A stretch of DNA of 64,000 nt from Eubacteriales bacterium (GCA_045127235.1 JBGVPY010000022.1:102889-166888); one strand, 5' to 3'; shown: positions 31,101 through 39,290, counted from the stretch's first letter. The notes: generated from the sequence alone by a model not told the origin. A program made the numbers and translations.

Positions 31101-31157
31101 GACGAGCATGATTACACAAAGTAGCGTAGCCAATAATTTTGTCGCTTTTCTTTTCAT
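28131..31157 (-). CDS. Giant extracellular solute-binding protein (1008 aa): signal peptide, two tandem CBM-like beta-sandwich modules, helical linker, C-terminal sugar-SBP domain
   Basis: The ATG at 31157 follows RBS GGAGGA; the track start at 31247 is an extension. Signal peptide MKRKATKLLATLLCVIMLVSTMIIPLSAA. Internal duplication: VTWKFNVEKAGNYVIAIEY...RVFYINGEVPFSEA versus GEWMTYEIEVAEDGYYSIVLRY...RRIYVDGEIPFAEA. The C-terminal ~430 aa is SBP-like (VWVTTGG...PDVSLM...WDDLLSILP). Confidence 0.7.
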   Translation of the reverse strand: MKRKATKLLATLLCVIMLVSTMIIPLSAAGNKGGLGSIADVSEILNALSYAEYRKNYLTAPKGEGEIIIDASDDVNCLVKEDTTADYKVVDWQGKESVLYVPSTGSVTWKFNVEKAGNYVIAIEYCQADDDKTNSIERVFYINGEVPFSEARSIVLSKIWEYNYKIDENGNKTFETDTNGNDIRPEVIPSLGWTEYELVDSKGYYTNPFEFNFKNGENTITFESVREPVYISKITLRPQKDIISYDDYLKLHGVGSSVTSAPIKIEAEAPSKVSNVTMYPVNDRTSSITTGLTGEQSAQVTKYNTAGKEQWQTVGEWMTYEIEVAEDGYYSIVLRYKQDLLSGMYVSRRIYVDGEIPFAEATNCRFPFTNDWKTVKLGDGTTEFKFYLTKGKHEIKLEAVLGEMSSIIQQVNSTLANINSCYLEILKLTGSDPDENRTYHFSRVMPDVLKTMMIESENLKSVYNYLVEQVGKGEKTATIEQIYILLNKMASDEKQIPSNLATLKTQIGSLGTWINSAQTQPLQVDYIQIQDAALEAPKAEAGFFASFWYQIKLFYYSFTTDYNSLGATSDEAKVNPVEVWVTTGGTAGREEAQIIRNLADNSFTPKKNIGVNLKLVSGGTLLPSVLAGVGPDVSLMEASTTIIDYALRNAVVPLNTFVEADLEEGEDVLSAFPNAAVVPLTLYNYDIETGTKTASYYALPDTLSFSMMFYRKDVLSSLGLEVPKTWDDLLSILPVLQYNNMEIGIQNDIYTFIYQSGNEAYADEGMRINFDDPGVLNAFTKLCNMYTQYSLPYTYDFANRFRTGEMPIGIAAYTACNQLSIFASELSGLWAFVPLPGYELVDEETGEKYINNCAMAGVTGTVMLAGSDNQENAWEFMKWYTSADFQIPYSNDIVSIKGIAARPATANTEALAELPWTSEEATNILAQFENLAAVENHPGSYYLARYVNFAFLAAYNDGKDPADALMDYVNTINKEIIRKRTEFGMDVLEIGQTLADLKANPKLNKGNQ

Positions 31158-31247
31158 AAGAAATCCTCCGTTTTTTCTACTTATTCGCATAGGCATTTGC
31201 GAATTATATATGTACATACGCATACGCGTACATAAAATGTACACCAT

Positions 31248-31277
31248 ATTTTAGCACAAGGCGGTATAAAATGTCAA
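31248..31277 (-). promoter_or_regulatory. Sigma-A type promoter of the seven-gene sugar operon
   Basis: Minus strand reads TTGACA-18 nt-TAAAAT with a TGn extension, ~90 nt upstream of the SBP ATG. Confidence 0.55.
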
Positions 31278-31535
31278 GAACAATATCTATAATAATATAT
31301 TTATAAAAAATATGCATGTATGATTTTATACACATGTCTAAAATGATTTATTTTTAATAATAAGCGCAAGAGTACCCACAGCTACTGAATTTATTCATTG
31401 TTTTCAAGTTCATATCGGCTTTTCGTATTTGGTAAAATTGTACAATTTTGAGCTTGCGTTTTTGTGCGTTGTGCCCATACTTGAGAAATTTATAAAATTT
31501 TGCACAAATTTAGTAGAAAATGGGGTAAAACGTAC

Positions 31536-31564
31536 TTGACAATTAACATATTGACTTGTATAAT
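31536..31564 (+). promoter_or_regulatory. Consensus sigma-A promoter of the glucokinase gene
   Basis: TTGACA-17 nt-TATAAT (both hexamers perfect), 35 nt upstream of the ATG at 31599. Confidence 0.7.
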
Positions 31565-31598
31565 TAAGATAGAGAAATTTTGGAAGGATGGTATTTTC

Positions 31599-32561
31599 AT
31601 GTACTATTTAGGTATTGATTTAGGCGGTACTAATATCGCCGTTGGTGTAGTTGATGAAAGCTACAAAATAATTAAGAAAAAGAGCACGCCAACACTGGCT
31701 AACCGTGATGGCAAGCTTATTATACAGGATATGGCTCGCGTTTGTAAGGAAGTTATTGAGGAATGTGGTCTTACAATCGATGATATTGAGTATGCAGGTA
31801 TTGCAACTCCTGGTACTGCTAACTCTGATACAGGCGTTGTTGAATATGCAAACAATCTCCCATTTGTAAACTTCCCTATTGCTGATTTACTTAAAGAGTA
31901 TCTTGGTGTTAAAAGGGTTTACATAGAAAATGATGCTAACGCTGCTGCAAAGGCTGAGGCTCTTGCAGGCGCTGCTAAGGGAGCAAAGTATTCTGTTATG
32001 ATTACTCTTGGCACAGGCCTTGGCGGTGGTATTATACTTGATGGACAGGTTTATTCCGGCTTTAACCATGCAGGCGCTGAGCTTGGACATATTGTAATTG
32101 AAAAGGACGGGAAGCAATGCTCATGTGGAAGAAAGGGCTGTTGGGAAACATATAGCTCAGCAACAGGTCTTACAAATATGACTAAGGAGCATGTTTTGAA
32201 GGCACGCGCTGAGGGTCGCAAGACTATTATTGATGATATGCTTAACGGCGACTTAAATAATGCTAACGCTAGAGTTGCTTTTGCTGCTATGAAGCAGGGC
32301 GATGAGGTTGGCAAGGAAATTGTTGATGAGTTTATTTCTTATCTTGCTTGCGGTATTGCAAATGTAATTAACATTTTCCAACCAAATGTACTTTCAATCG
32401 GTGGTGGCGTATGTAATGAAAAGGATTACTTACTTGTTCCACTTAATAAAGCAGTATTTGGCGAAACATATACAAAAGATGGTACTCCACAATGTGAAAT
32501 CAAAATTGCTGAAATGGGCAATGATGCAGGTATTGTTGGTGCAGCCGTTTTAGGTTTATAA
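31599..32561 (+). CDS. glcK: ROK-family glucokinase
   Basis: N-terminal YYLGIDLGGTN ATP motif, ROK zinc motif CSCGRKGCWE, and no N-terminal HTH (so kinase, not repressor). RBS GGAAGGA precedes the internal ATG. Confidence 0.8.
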   Translation: MYYLGIDLGGTNIAVGVVDESYKIIKKKSTPTLANRDGKLIIQDMARVCKEVIEECGLTIDDIEYAGIATPGTANSDTGVVEYANNLPFVNFPIADLLKEYLGVKRVYIENDANAAAKAEALAGAAKGAKYSVMITLGTGLGGGIILDGQVYSGFNHAGAELGHIVIEKDGKQCSCGRKGCWETYSSATGLTNMTKEHVLKARAEGRKTIIDDMLNGDLNNANARVAFAAMKQGDEVGKEIVDEFISYLACGIANVINIFQPNVLSIGGGVCNEKDYLLVPLNKAVFGETYTKDGTPQCEIKIAEMGNDAGIVGAAVLGL

Positions 32562-32572
32562 TTTAATTACAA

Positions 32573-32605
32573 AAAAGTCTCTCAGTTTTTTGCTGGGGGA
32601 CTTTT
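32573..32605 (+). terminator. Rho-independent terminator of glcK
   Basis: AAAAGTCTCTCAG-ttttttg-CTGGGGGACTTTT (with G-U pairs). Confidence 0.7.
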
Positions 32606-32669
32606 ATTCTTTGTTTTGTTGTGCTATAATTACCATATAACTTAGTTCAAATTATGAAAGGAAATTAGG

Positions 32670-34811
32670 ATGAGGCTTGATACTCCTTTAATAAATTTAA
32701 ACGGTGTTGGAGATAAGCATTTTAAGCATTTTACCAAGAATAATCTACACACCGTCAAGGATTTGCTCTATTATTTACCAAGGGCTTATCAAAACAGAGG
32801 GGATGTAAAATCACTTAATCAAGAGGAATTTTACGATGAATACCACTCATATATTTTAACTGTGGGCTCTGAGCCTAAGAGCGTTGGTCTTAACCGTGGC
32901 AGAGGGTTAAACCTTTTAAAATTTAAAGCTTTTGATGAAACAGGAAGTGTTAATATAACATACTTTAATCAAAATTACTTAAAGGATGTTTTTCACATTG
33001 GCGCGACATTTAGATTTTGGGGTAAGGTTACTAAGGAAAAGCGCACGCTTAATTTAAGCTCTCCATCTTATGATGCGGTAATCCCTGACAAGCATTTAGC
33101 GCCACTTGTGTCTGTATATCCACTTTTTTCAGGTGTAAATCAGAAATATTTATCAAAGCTTATTCGAGAAATTATTGCCAATGTTCCTCTAATGATGACG
33201 GACTATTTGCCTGAGTCTATAAGAAATAGTATGGGATTATGCACACTTCCCTACGCTTTAAGAAACATACATTTTCCAGATAGCGAGGACGCTCTTGACA
33301 GAGCAATTAAAAGATTGACCTTTGATGAGCTATTTACATTTGCAGTAGCGGTATCATCAATGAAGAAAAGCGTATTAAAGACTAATGCTCCTATCATGAA
33401 GCATAATGATGTTAGTCCATTATTTGATTTACTTGAATATGAGCCAACAAATGCGCAAAAACGCGCAATAAATGAAATTTGTGCCGATATGTGTCCACAA
33501 AACGCTATTTTGGGGGCTATAAAGCCTATGTCAAGAATTGTGGTTGGAGATGTTGGTAGTGGTAAAACGCTATGCGCTGAGGCGGCTGCATACATTGCTT
33601 GCAAAAATGGTTTTCAATGCGCTCTAATGTGTCCTACTGAAATATTAGCTTTTCAGCATTATGAGGGGCTAAAAGATGATTTTGAAAAGCTTGGTATTAA
33701 GTGTGCTTTGCTTACCGGCTCAACAGGTGCAAAGGATAAAAGAGCGACACTTGGTGGCTTAAAAAGCGGCGAAATACAATTTGTTATTGGCACGCATGCA
33801 CTTATACAGTCAGGCGTTGAATTCAAAAATTTAGGTCTTGCTATTACCGATGAGCAGCACAGATTTGGCGCTATGCAGAGGGCTTTACTTAGTGATAAGA
33901 GTGAGGGTGTGCATACTCTTGTAATGAGTGCAACACCTATTCCGAGAACGCTTTCATTTATGATGTACGGCGACCTTGATATATCTCTTATTGATGAAAT
34001 GCCTCCAGGTAGGCAAAGAGTTGACACATTTGTAGTTGATGAGGGATACAGAGATAGACTTAATGCATTTATAAGGAAGCATGTATCTAACGGAAATCAA
34101 GTGTATATTGTTTGTCCATCCGTTGAAGAAAGGAAGGATGACATTGACAATGTTTATGACTATAATCCTTTTGAATTAGCTCTTGAAAATGATAATCCAC
34201 CTTTAAAGGCGGCGGTTGATTTTACTGAGGAATTAAAGAATGTTTTCCCTGATTTATGCATTGAATTTATACACGGTAAAATGAAAGCCAAGGAAAAGGA
34301 TGCTATTATGATGGCATATGCCAACAATGTAATCAATGTTCTTGTTTCAACAACTGTAATTGAGGTTGGTGTAAATGTGCCAAACGCTACGCTTATGATT
34401 GTCGAAAATGCTGAAAGATTTGGTCTTTCTCAATTACATCAGCTAAGAGGTCGTGTTGGCAGAGGCAAGGATAAATCATATTGCGTTCTTGTTTCCAACG
34501 CTTCGGGGGAAAAGGCTAAGGAACGATTGCAGATTATGCGCACTATTTACGATGGCTTCTCTATTGCAGAAAGAGACTTGCAAATGAGGGGTCCTGGCGA
34601 TTTCTTTTCACAGGGTAATTCAATTAGGCAATCAGGAGACAGCGGTTTTGATATTGCTAACAAATGCAAGGACAATGAGCTTGCAATGGGTGCATTTGAA
34701 TGTGCTAAAAAAGTTTTAGATGATGACGGAAATTTAGAAAAAGAAGGGAACGCACTTCTCCGTCAAAGAATTGATGAAATTTATAAAGAAAGAGCCAATA
34801 CAATTAACTAA
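32670..34811 (+). CDS. recG: ATP-dependent DNA helicase RecG
   Basis: 713 aa with N-terminal wedge/OB region. Helicase motifs GDVGSGKT, DEQHRFG, SATPIPRT and QLHQLRGRVGRG. Confidence 0.9.
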   Translation: MRLDTPLINLNGVGDKHFKHFTKNNLHTVKDLLYYLPRAYQNRGDVKSLNQEEFYDEYHSYILTVGSEPKSVGLNRGRGLNLLKFKAFDETGSVNITYFNQNYLKDVFHIGATFRFWGKVTKEKRTLNLSSPSYDAVIPDKHLAPLVSVYPLFSGVNQKYLSKLIREIIANVPLMMTDYLPESIRNSMGLCTLPYALRNIHFPDSEDALDRAIKRLTFDELFTFAVAVSSMKKSVLKTNAPIMKHNDVSPLFDLLEYEPTNAQKRAINEICADMCPQNAILGAIKPMSRIVVGDVGSGKTLCAEAAAYIACKNGFQCALMCPTEILAFQHYEGLKDDFEKLGIKCALLTGSTGAKDKRATLGGLKSGEIQFVIGTHALIQSGVEFKNLGLAITDEQHRFGAMQRALLSDKSEGVHTLVMSATPIPRTLSFMMYGDLDISLIDEMPPGRQRVDTFVVDEGYRDRLNAFIRKHVSNGNQVYIVCPSVEERKDDIDNVYDYNPFELALENDNPPLKAAVDFTEELKNVFPDLCIEFIHGKMKAKEKDAIMMAYANNVINVLVSTTVIEVGVNVPNATLMIVENAERFGLSQLHQLRGRVGRGKDKSYCVLVSNASGEKAKERLQIMRTIYDGFSIAERDLQMRGPGDFFSQGNSIRQSGDSGFDIANKCKDNELAMGAFECAKKVLDDDGNLEKEGNALLRQRIDEIYKERANTIN

Positions 34812-34850
34812 AAAAAGCACCTTATCGGTAAAATGATAAGGTGCTTTTTT
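34811..34850 (+). terminator. Rho-independent terminator of recG
   Basis: AAAAAAGCACCTTATC-ggtaaaat-GATAAGGTGCTTTTTT. Confidence 0.85.
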
Positions 34851-34871
34851 GTTTTATGAATATAATGTAGT

Positions 34872-35492
34872 ATGGATTTATATTGGTTATTTCAAAAGAC
34901 TTTAAATATTTGTTATACACATGTTGAAAATTCAGGTGATTATGCAACTATGCGTTATGGCAATACGCTTTTTATATTTTTAGAAAGTTCAAATGGCAAA
35001 GAGGACTGGAAAAACAATTTAGATTTTCCAATTAAGTTTAAAAAACGCAAGGGGGATATATCATTTCGGTGCCATAGAGGTTTTTTAAGAGTTTGGGAAA
35101 GCATTAAACCATACTTGCAAAGCGAAATTATGGACACAAGTGTGGATAAAATCGTAATTTCAGGTTTTTCTCACGGGGCTGGAATTGCGGTGTTTTGTTA
35201 TGAATACGCTTGGTATCATAGGGCTGATTTGCGTGATAGTTTAGAAGGGTACGGATTTGGCGGTCCAAGAGTACTTTGGGGCAAAAATGCAAAGAGAATC
35301 ACACACAGATGGCGGAATTTTATGCTAATTAGAAACATTGATGATTTGATTACTCATTTACCACCGAAATTTTTGGGATATTTTCACGCCGGCAAATTAT
35401 TTGAGATTGGTAAGAAAGGGAAATATAATAAAATTGACGCACACAGACCCGAGAATTATTTGATCGAATTAAAAAATAGCAAGTTATTTTAA
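34872..35492 (+). CDS. Lipase class 3-like alpha/beta hydrolase
   Basis: Lipase_3-like blocks: FLESSNGKEDWKNNLDF, CHRGFLRVWESI and nucleophile elbow ISGFSHGAGIA. Confidence 0.55.
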   Translation: MDLYWLFQKTLNICYTHVENSGDYATMRYGNTLFIFLESSNGKEDWKNNLDFPIKFKKRKGDISFRCHRGFLRVWESIKPYLQSEIMDTSVDKIVISGFSHGAGIAVFCYEYAWYHRADLRDSLEGYGFGGPRVLWGKNAKRITHRWRNFMLIRNIDDLITHLPPKFLGYFHAGKLFEIGKKGKYNKIDAHRPENYLIELKNSKLF

Positions 35493-35504
35493 CTTGCTAT
35501 TTTT
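35472..35504. terminator. Bidirectional terminator overlapping the stop codons of two convergent genes
   Basis: AAAAATAGCAAGTT-atttt-AACTTGCTATTTTT, a 14-bp stem. Confidence 0.75.
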
Positions 35505-36351
35505 GTGTTATTGTGATTTGTTTTCCGTCGGTGGATACATTGATTTCGCCGTAGCGTGTTTCGTAAACCTCTATATTTTTGTTGTAAAGTATTGCAAGCA
35601 TGTCAATAGATGCTGTGTTCTTCTTAGAGTCGGTAATTGCTACATATTCGGGCTTTACGGAATTTATAAATTCCTCGTAGTTTTCTATATAATTACCGTG
35701 GTAAGGGGATTTAATAAAATCATAGTCCGTTTGATTTTGGCTTATTATTTCATCAAGTCTAAGCTCAGCCGCATCTGCGCAAAACAGAAAATTTTTTTCT
35801 CCGCATTTCATGGAAACAATGAGGGATAGGTTGTTATCTCTGTTTTCCGAATATTTAGTTTGCTTTGGAATATCAATTTCAAATTCACAGCTGTCGTAGG
35901 TAAATTTGTAATTTTCAGTAAGCTTTAGCGGTGTTATCCCCTTTTCCGCCATGGTGCTATGATATTTCAAATATTCAGCGGTTGGAGTTTTGCTTTGGTT
36001 TTCAATTACAGTTGTAACATTGTATTTTGAAATCATTTCACTTGCACAGCCTATATGGTCCTTATCGTAGTGAGTGAGAATGAGAGTGTCAATTTTTTTA
36101 TAGCTATTATAGGTCATGTAGTTCTCTATATCTGTAAGATTTTCAGCCTCACCTGTGTCAATCATTACGATTTTTGAGCCTGTGTTGATTACTATGCAGT
36201 CTGCTTTTCCTATTTTTAAAATATCTATTGTGGCAGGGATAATAGGCTCACTATTTTCGGTGCTATCGGTATTGGTATCTATGGTAGTGTCGGTGCAAGA
36301 GCAAAATAATGCGATAAGCATAAGTAAGGTTAAGATTAAAAGCTTTTTCAT
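35497..36351 (-). CDS. MBL-fold metallo-hydrolase lipoprotein (ComEC C-terminal-domain-like)
   Basis: Signal peptide ending in Cys (LIALFCSC). Also VINTGSKIVMIDTG and LILTHYDKDHIGC (an HxDxDH-type MBL motif). Confidence 0.6.
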   Translation of the reverse strand: MKKLLILTLLMLIALFCSCTDTTIDTNTDSTENSEPIIPATIDILKIGKADCIVINTGSKIVMIDTGEAENLTDIENYMTYNSYKKIDTLILTHYDKDHIGCASEMISKYNVTTVIENQSKTPTAEYLKYHSTMAEKGITPLKLTENYKFTYDSCEFEIDIPKQTKYSENRDNNLSLIVSMKCGEKNFLFCADAAELRLDEIISQNQTDYDFIKSPYHGNYIENYEEFINSVKPEYVAITDSKKNTASIDMLAILYNKNIEVYETRYGEINVSTDGKQITITQK

Positions 36352-36462
36352 AAAATTTGCTCCTTTCGTTTGATATAACTATTATAACACAATTTGTTGA
36401 TTTTTTCAAATTGTTTTTCGCCAAAAGCAACCTATGGTTAACAAATGTAAACCTGCGGTTGC

Positions 36463-36491
36463 TTGACTTTATAAGTTTAATATGCTATACT
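36463..36491 (+). promoter_or_regulatory. Sigma-A type promoter of the downstream lipoprotein gene
   Basis: TTGACT-17 nt-TATACT with a TGn extension, ~50 nt upstream of the ATG at 36543. Confidence 0.55.
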
Positions 36492-36542
36492 TATAATGCA
36501 TTCAATGATAATCATTTTAATTTCACAAGGAGAAAGACAAAC

Positions 36543-37442
36543 ATGCATAAACACTTAAAACTATTTTGCATTCTTATTATAGTTTTAATCTGCATTTCTT
36601 TAATTTCTTGTACTAATGATAAGGAACAACAAGAAATCATAAATGCTTTTAATGGTTTTGAATACAACTACAATTACATTTTACAAACACCTGATGAATT
36701 TCACTTAGGAAAGCTTGTTATTCCTAATTCAGAGTTAAAATATAACGGTTATTGGTGTAAATTTTTAACTTCTACAGACACATGCGCCTACGGATATGCC
36801 ACCAATGAAGACAGGACAGTCGCTTATATAGTAAGCCTTGATTATAAAAGTTTAGACATTTCTTTGTGTGTAGAAGTAGCCCTTCCATCAGATTTGATTT
36901 ATGCATCATTTTATAATAATTCCTTTTATTTTCGCACTAATGATCCATCAACAGAAGAATTTAAACAAATGTTCACACTATATGATATGACAACTCAAAA
37001 AATTTCACAAAGTAATACCGACAATATAGATTTAATAGAACATAGAGAAATCTTTAAATGCGGAGATTACGAATTTAGTTGTCCTGATTTTCCACTCTCT
37101 GGTAGCCTTAAAATGGAAATAAAAAACACAAAAACAAATACAATAAAAAAGTTTTCTACAAAAGTCTTAAAAAATTGTGAGGAAGGCAAAATTATATGTA
37201 AACTCCCTGAGAGCAACATAAATTTAGGTGGAACACCAAGCGATGTTGATGTTATCGGAGATGATATTTATATTTTGTGCTATCAATCAGTTGGCTTTTT
37301 AGGTTATCCGTCTTATTATTTTATAGTGAAATATAATTTCCATACTGAAAACATTGAATATTATTCAACAATTTATTTTGAAAATGACCCCGATACATAC
37401 TTTTTTTACATACCAAGAGAAATCATTTTAGAGGACTCATAA
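36543..37442 (+). CDS. Hypothetical lipoprotein
   Basis: The internal ATG at 36543 follows RBS AAGGAGA. Signal peptide with lipobox LISC. No family recognised. Confidence 0.65.
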   Translation: MHKHLKLFCILIIVLICISLISCTNDKEQQEIINAFNGFEYNYNYILQTPDEFHLGKLVIPNSELKYNGYWCKFLTSTDTCAYGYATNEDRTVAYIVSLDYKSLDISLCVEVALPSDLIYASFYNNSFYFRTNDPSTEEFKQMFTLYDMTTQKISQSNTDNIDLIEHREIFKCGDYEFSCPDFPLSGSLKMEIKNTKTNTIKKFSTKVLKNCEEGKIICKLPESNINLGGTPSDVDVIGDDIYILCYQSVGFLGYPSYYFIVKYNFHTENIEYYSTIYFENDPDTYFFYIPREIILEDS

Positions 37443-37468
37443 AATCAAAGCTATATAATGTATCAAAA

Positions 37469-37512
37469 GCAAAAAAACAGACACAAGGTCAACCTTGTGT
37501 CTGTTTTTTTGC
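37469..37512. terminator. Bidirectional rho-independent terminator between convergent genes
   Basis: GCAAAAAAACAGACACAAGG-tcaa-CCTTGTGTCTGTTTTTTTGC, a perfect 20-bp stem. Confidence 0.9.
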
Positions 37513-37520
37513 TATATAAA

Positions 37521-38519
37521 TTATTTGTTTGATTCTTCAACAGCAACTGCAACTGCAACAGTCATACCAACCATTGGGTTGTTACCAGCGCCTATAAGAC
37601 CCATCATTTCTACGTGAGCTGGAACTGAGGATGAGCCAGCGAATTGAGCGTCGCCGTGCATACGTCCCATTGTGTCAGTCATACCGTAGGAAGCAGGACC
37701 TGCAGCCATGTTATCTGGGTGAAGTGTTCTACCTGTACCGCCGCCTGAAGCAACTGAGAAGTAGTTTACACCGTTTTCGTTACACCACTTCTTGTATGTG
37801 CCTGCAACTGGGTGTTGGAATCTTGTTGGGTTTGTTGAGTTACCTGTGATAGATACGCCAACGTTTTCAAGTCTCATGATAGCAACGCCTTCTGGAACGC
37901 TGTCAGAGCCGTAGCACTTAACGTCTGCTCTTGGACCCTTTGAGTATGGAGTTTCAGATACAACCTTAACCTCTTCAGTAGCGTTGTCAAATTCTGTTTC
38001 AACAAATGTAAAGCCGTTGATTCTTGAAATAATCATAGCTGCATCCTTGCCAAGACCGTTAAGAATAACTCTTAATGGCTTAACTCTTACCTTGTTTGCG
38101 TTAAGAGCGATTTTAATAGCGCCCTCAGCAGCAGCGAAGGATTCGTGACCTGCTAAGAAGCAGAAGCACTCTGTTTCCTCAGAAAGAAGCATCTTACCGA
38201 GGTTACCGTGGCCTAAACCAACCTTTCTGTTCTCTGCAACTGAGCCAGGGATACAGAATGCTTGGAGACCGATACCGATTGCAGCAGCAGCGTCAGCAGC
38301 CTTTGTGCAACCCTTCTTAATAGCGATAGCTGCGCCTACTGTGTAAGCCCAAACTGCGTTTTCAAAACAAATTGGCTGTGTTTCTCTTACGATTTTGTCA
38401 CAGTCGATGCCCTTTGCAAGAGTGATTTCCTTACACTCTTCAACGGACTTAATACCATATTCAGCGAGAACTGCATTGATTTTATCAATTCTTCTCTCAT
38501 ATCCTTCAAATAATGCCAT
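37521..38519 (-). CDS. 'GGGtGRT'-motif protein (conserved protein of unknown function)
   Basis: 332 aa. SGGGTGRT is encoded at 37725-37748 (minus strand), followed by LHPDNMAAGPASYGMTDTMGRMH. From memory, RefSeq names this family 'GGGtGRT protein'. Codon usage is visibly GC3-richer than in neighbouring genes. Confidence 0.65.
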   Translation of the reverse strand: MALFEGYERRIDKINAVLAEYGIKSVEECKEITLAKGIDCDKIVRETQPICFENAVWAYTVGAAIAIKKGCTKAADAAAAIGIGLQAFCIPGSVAENRKVGLGHGNLGKMLLSEETECFCFLAGHESFAAAEGAIKIALNANKVRVKPLRVILNGLGKDAAMIISRINGFTFVETEFDNATEEVKVVSETPYSKGPRADVKCYGSDSVPEGVAIMRLENVGVSITGNSTNPTRFQHPVAGTYKKWCNENGVNYFSVASGGGTGRTLHPDNMAAGPASYGMTDTMGRMHGDAQFAGSSSVPAHVEMMGLIGAGNNPMVGMTVAVAVAVEESNK

Positions 38520-38533
38520 CTTTTCAGTCCTCC

Positions 38534-39226
38534 TTACTCTTCTCTTGGGTCGATGTAACGAACTGCATCGTTAAATCTGCCGTATGTACCCATTGACTTC
38601 TTGTAAGCCTCGTTTGGCTCCATGCCCTTCTTGATGAAGTCTGTCATTTTGCCGAGAGATACGAATTCGTAACCGATAACTTGGTCGTTTTCGTCAAGAG
38701 CCATTCTTGTGCAGTAGCCCTCTGTCATTTCAAGGTAACGAACGCCCTTTGCATTAGTACCGTACATTGTACCTACCATTGAACGAGCACCCTTACCTAA
38801 GTCTTCCATACCTGCGCCGATAACAAGACCGCCCTCAGAGAAAGCAGATTGTGTTCTACCGTAAACGATTTGGAGGAAGAGCTCACGCATAGCTGTGTTG
38901 ATAGCGTCGCAAACTAAGTCTGTGTTGAGAGCTTCAAGTAATGTCTTGCCAGGAAGGATTTCTGCTGCCATAGCTGCAGAGTGAGTCATACCTGAGCAAC
39001 CGATAGTTTCAACGAGAGCTTCCTCGATGATACCGTCTTTTACGTTAAGTGAAAGCTTACAAGCGCCTTGTTGTGGTGCACACCAACCGATACCGTGTGT
39101 GTAGCCTGAGATGTCTGTGATTTGCTTTGCCATTACCCATTTGCCTTCTTCAGGAATTGGAGCTGGACCGTGCTTAGGTCCCTTGGCAACTGTACACATG
39201 TGTTCTACTTCTTTTGAATAAATCAT
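38534..39226 (-). CDS. IscU/NifU-N-like scaffold-fold protein with C-terminal extension, partner of the GGGtGRT protein
   Basis: 230 aa. ETIGCSGMTHSAAMAAEILPGKTLLEA resembles the IscU GCG...A..L.GKT..EA block. Additional Cys residues (GWCAPQQGAC). RBS GAGGAGA. Confidence 0.5.
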   Translation of the reverse strand: MIYSKEVEHMCTVAKGPKHGPAPIPEEGKWVMAKQITDISGYTHGIGWCAPQQGACKLSLNVKDGIIEEALVETIGCSGMTHSAAMAAEILPGKTLLEALNTDLVCDAINTAMRELFLQIVYGRTQSAFSEGGLVIGAGMEDLGKGARSMVGTMYGTNAKGVRYLEMTEGYCTRMALDENDQVIGYEFVSLGKMTDFIKKGMEPNEAYKKSMGTYGRFNDAVRYIDPREE

Positions 39227-39261
39227 ATGTATTCTCCTCGAATTAAAATTTTTTCGTATCT

Positions 39262-39290
39262 ATTATACATTATTTTTGTTGCAAAATCAA
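39262..39290 (-). promoter_or_regulatory. Sigma-A type promoter of the IscU-like/GGGtGRT operon
   Basis: Minus strand reads TTGATT-17 nt-TATAAT, ~35 nt upstream of the ATG at 39226. Confidence 0.55.

Noticed and set aside
31158-31247. N-terminal extensions of track ORFs (starts at 3221, 4447, 9811, 14864, 20172, 24036, 31247, 31500, 36357, 39398, 48284, 56082, 60574, 61473, 61507).
   Set aside because: In each case an internal ATG/GTG/TTG sits 5-9 nt after a Shine-Dalgarno-like sequence and gives the expected family N-terminus or signal peptide. The extensions run through promoter or terminator sequence or through the upstream gene.
37521-39226. The higher GC content of the GGGtGRT/IscU-like operon as evidence of horizontal transfer.
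   Set aside because: The GC excess appears mainly at third codon positions with preferred-codon style usage. Similar bias is visible in tex and msmX. The operon is flanked by native-looking promoter and terminator and has no mobility genes. I judge expression-linked codon bias a more likely explanation, though this remains my inference.
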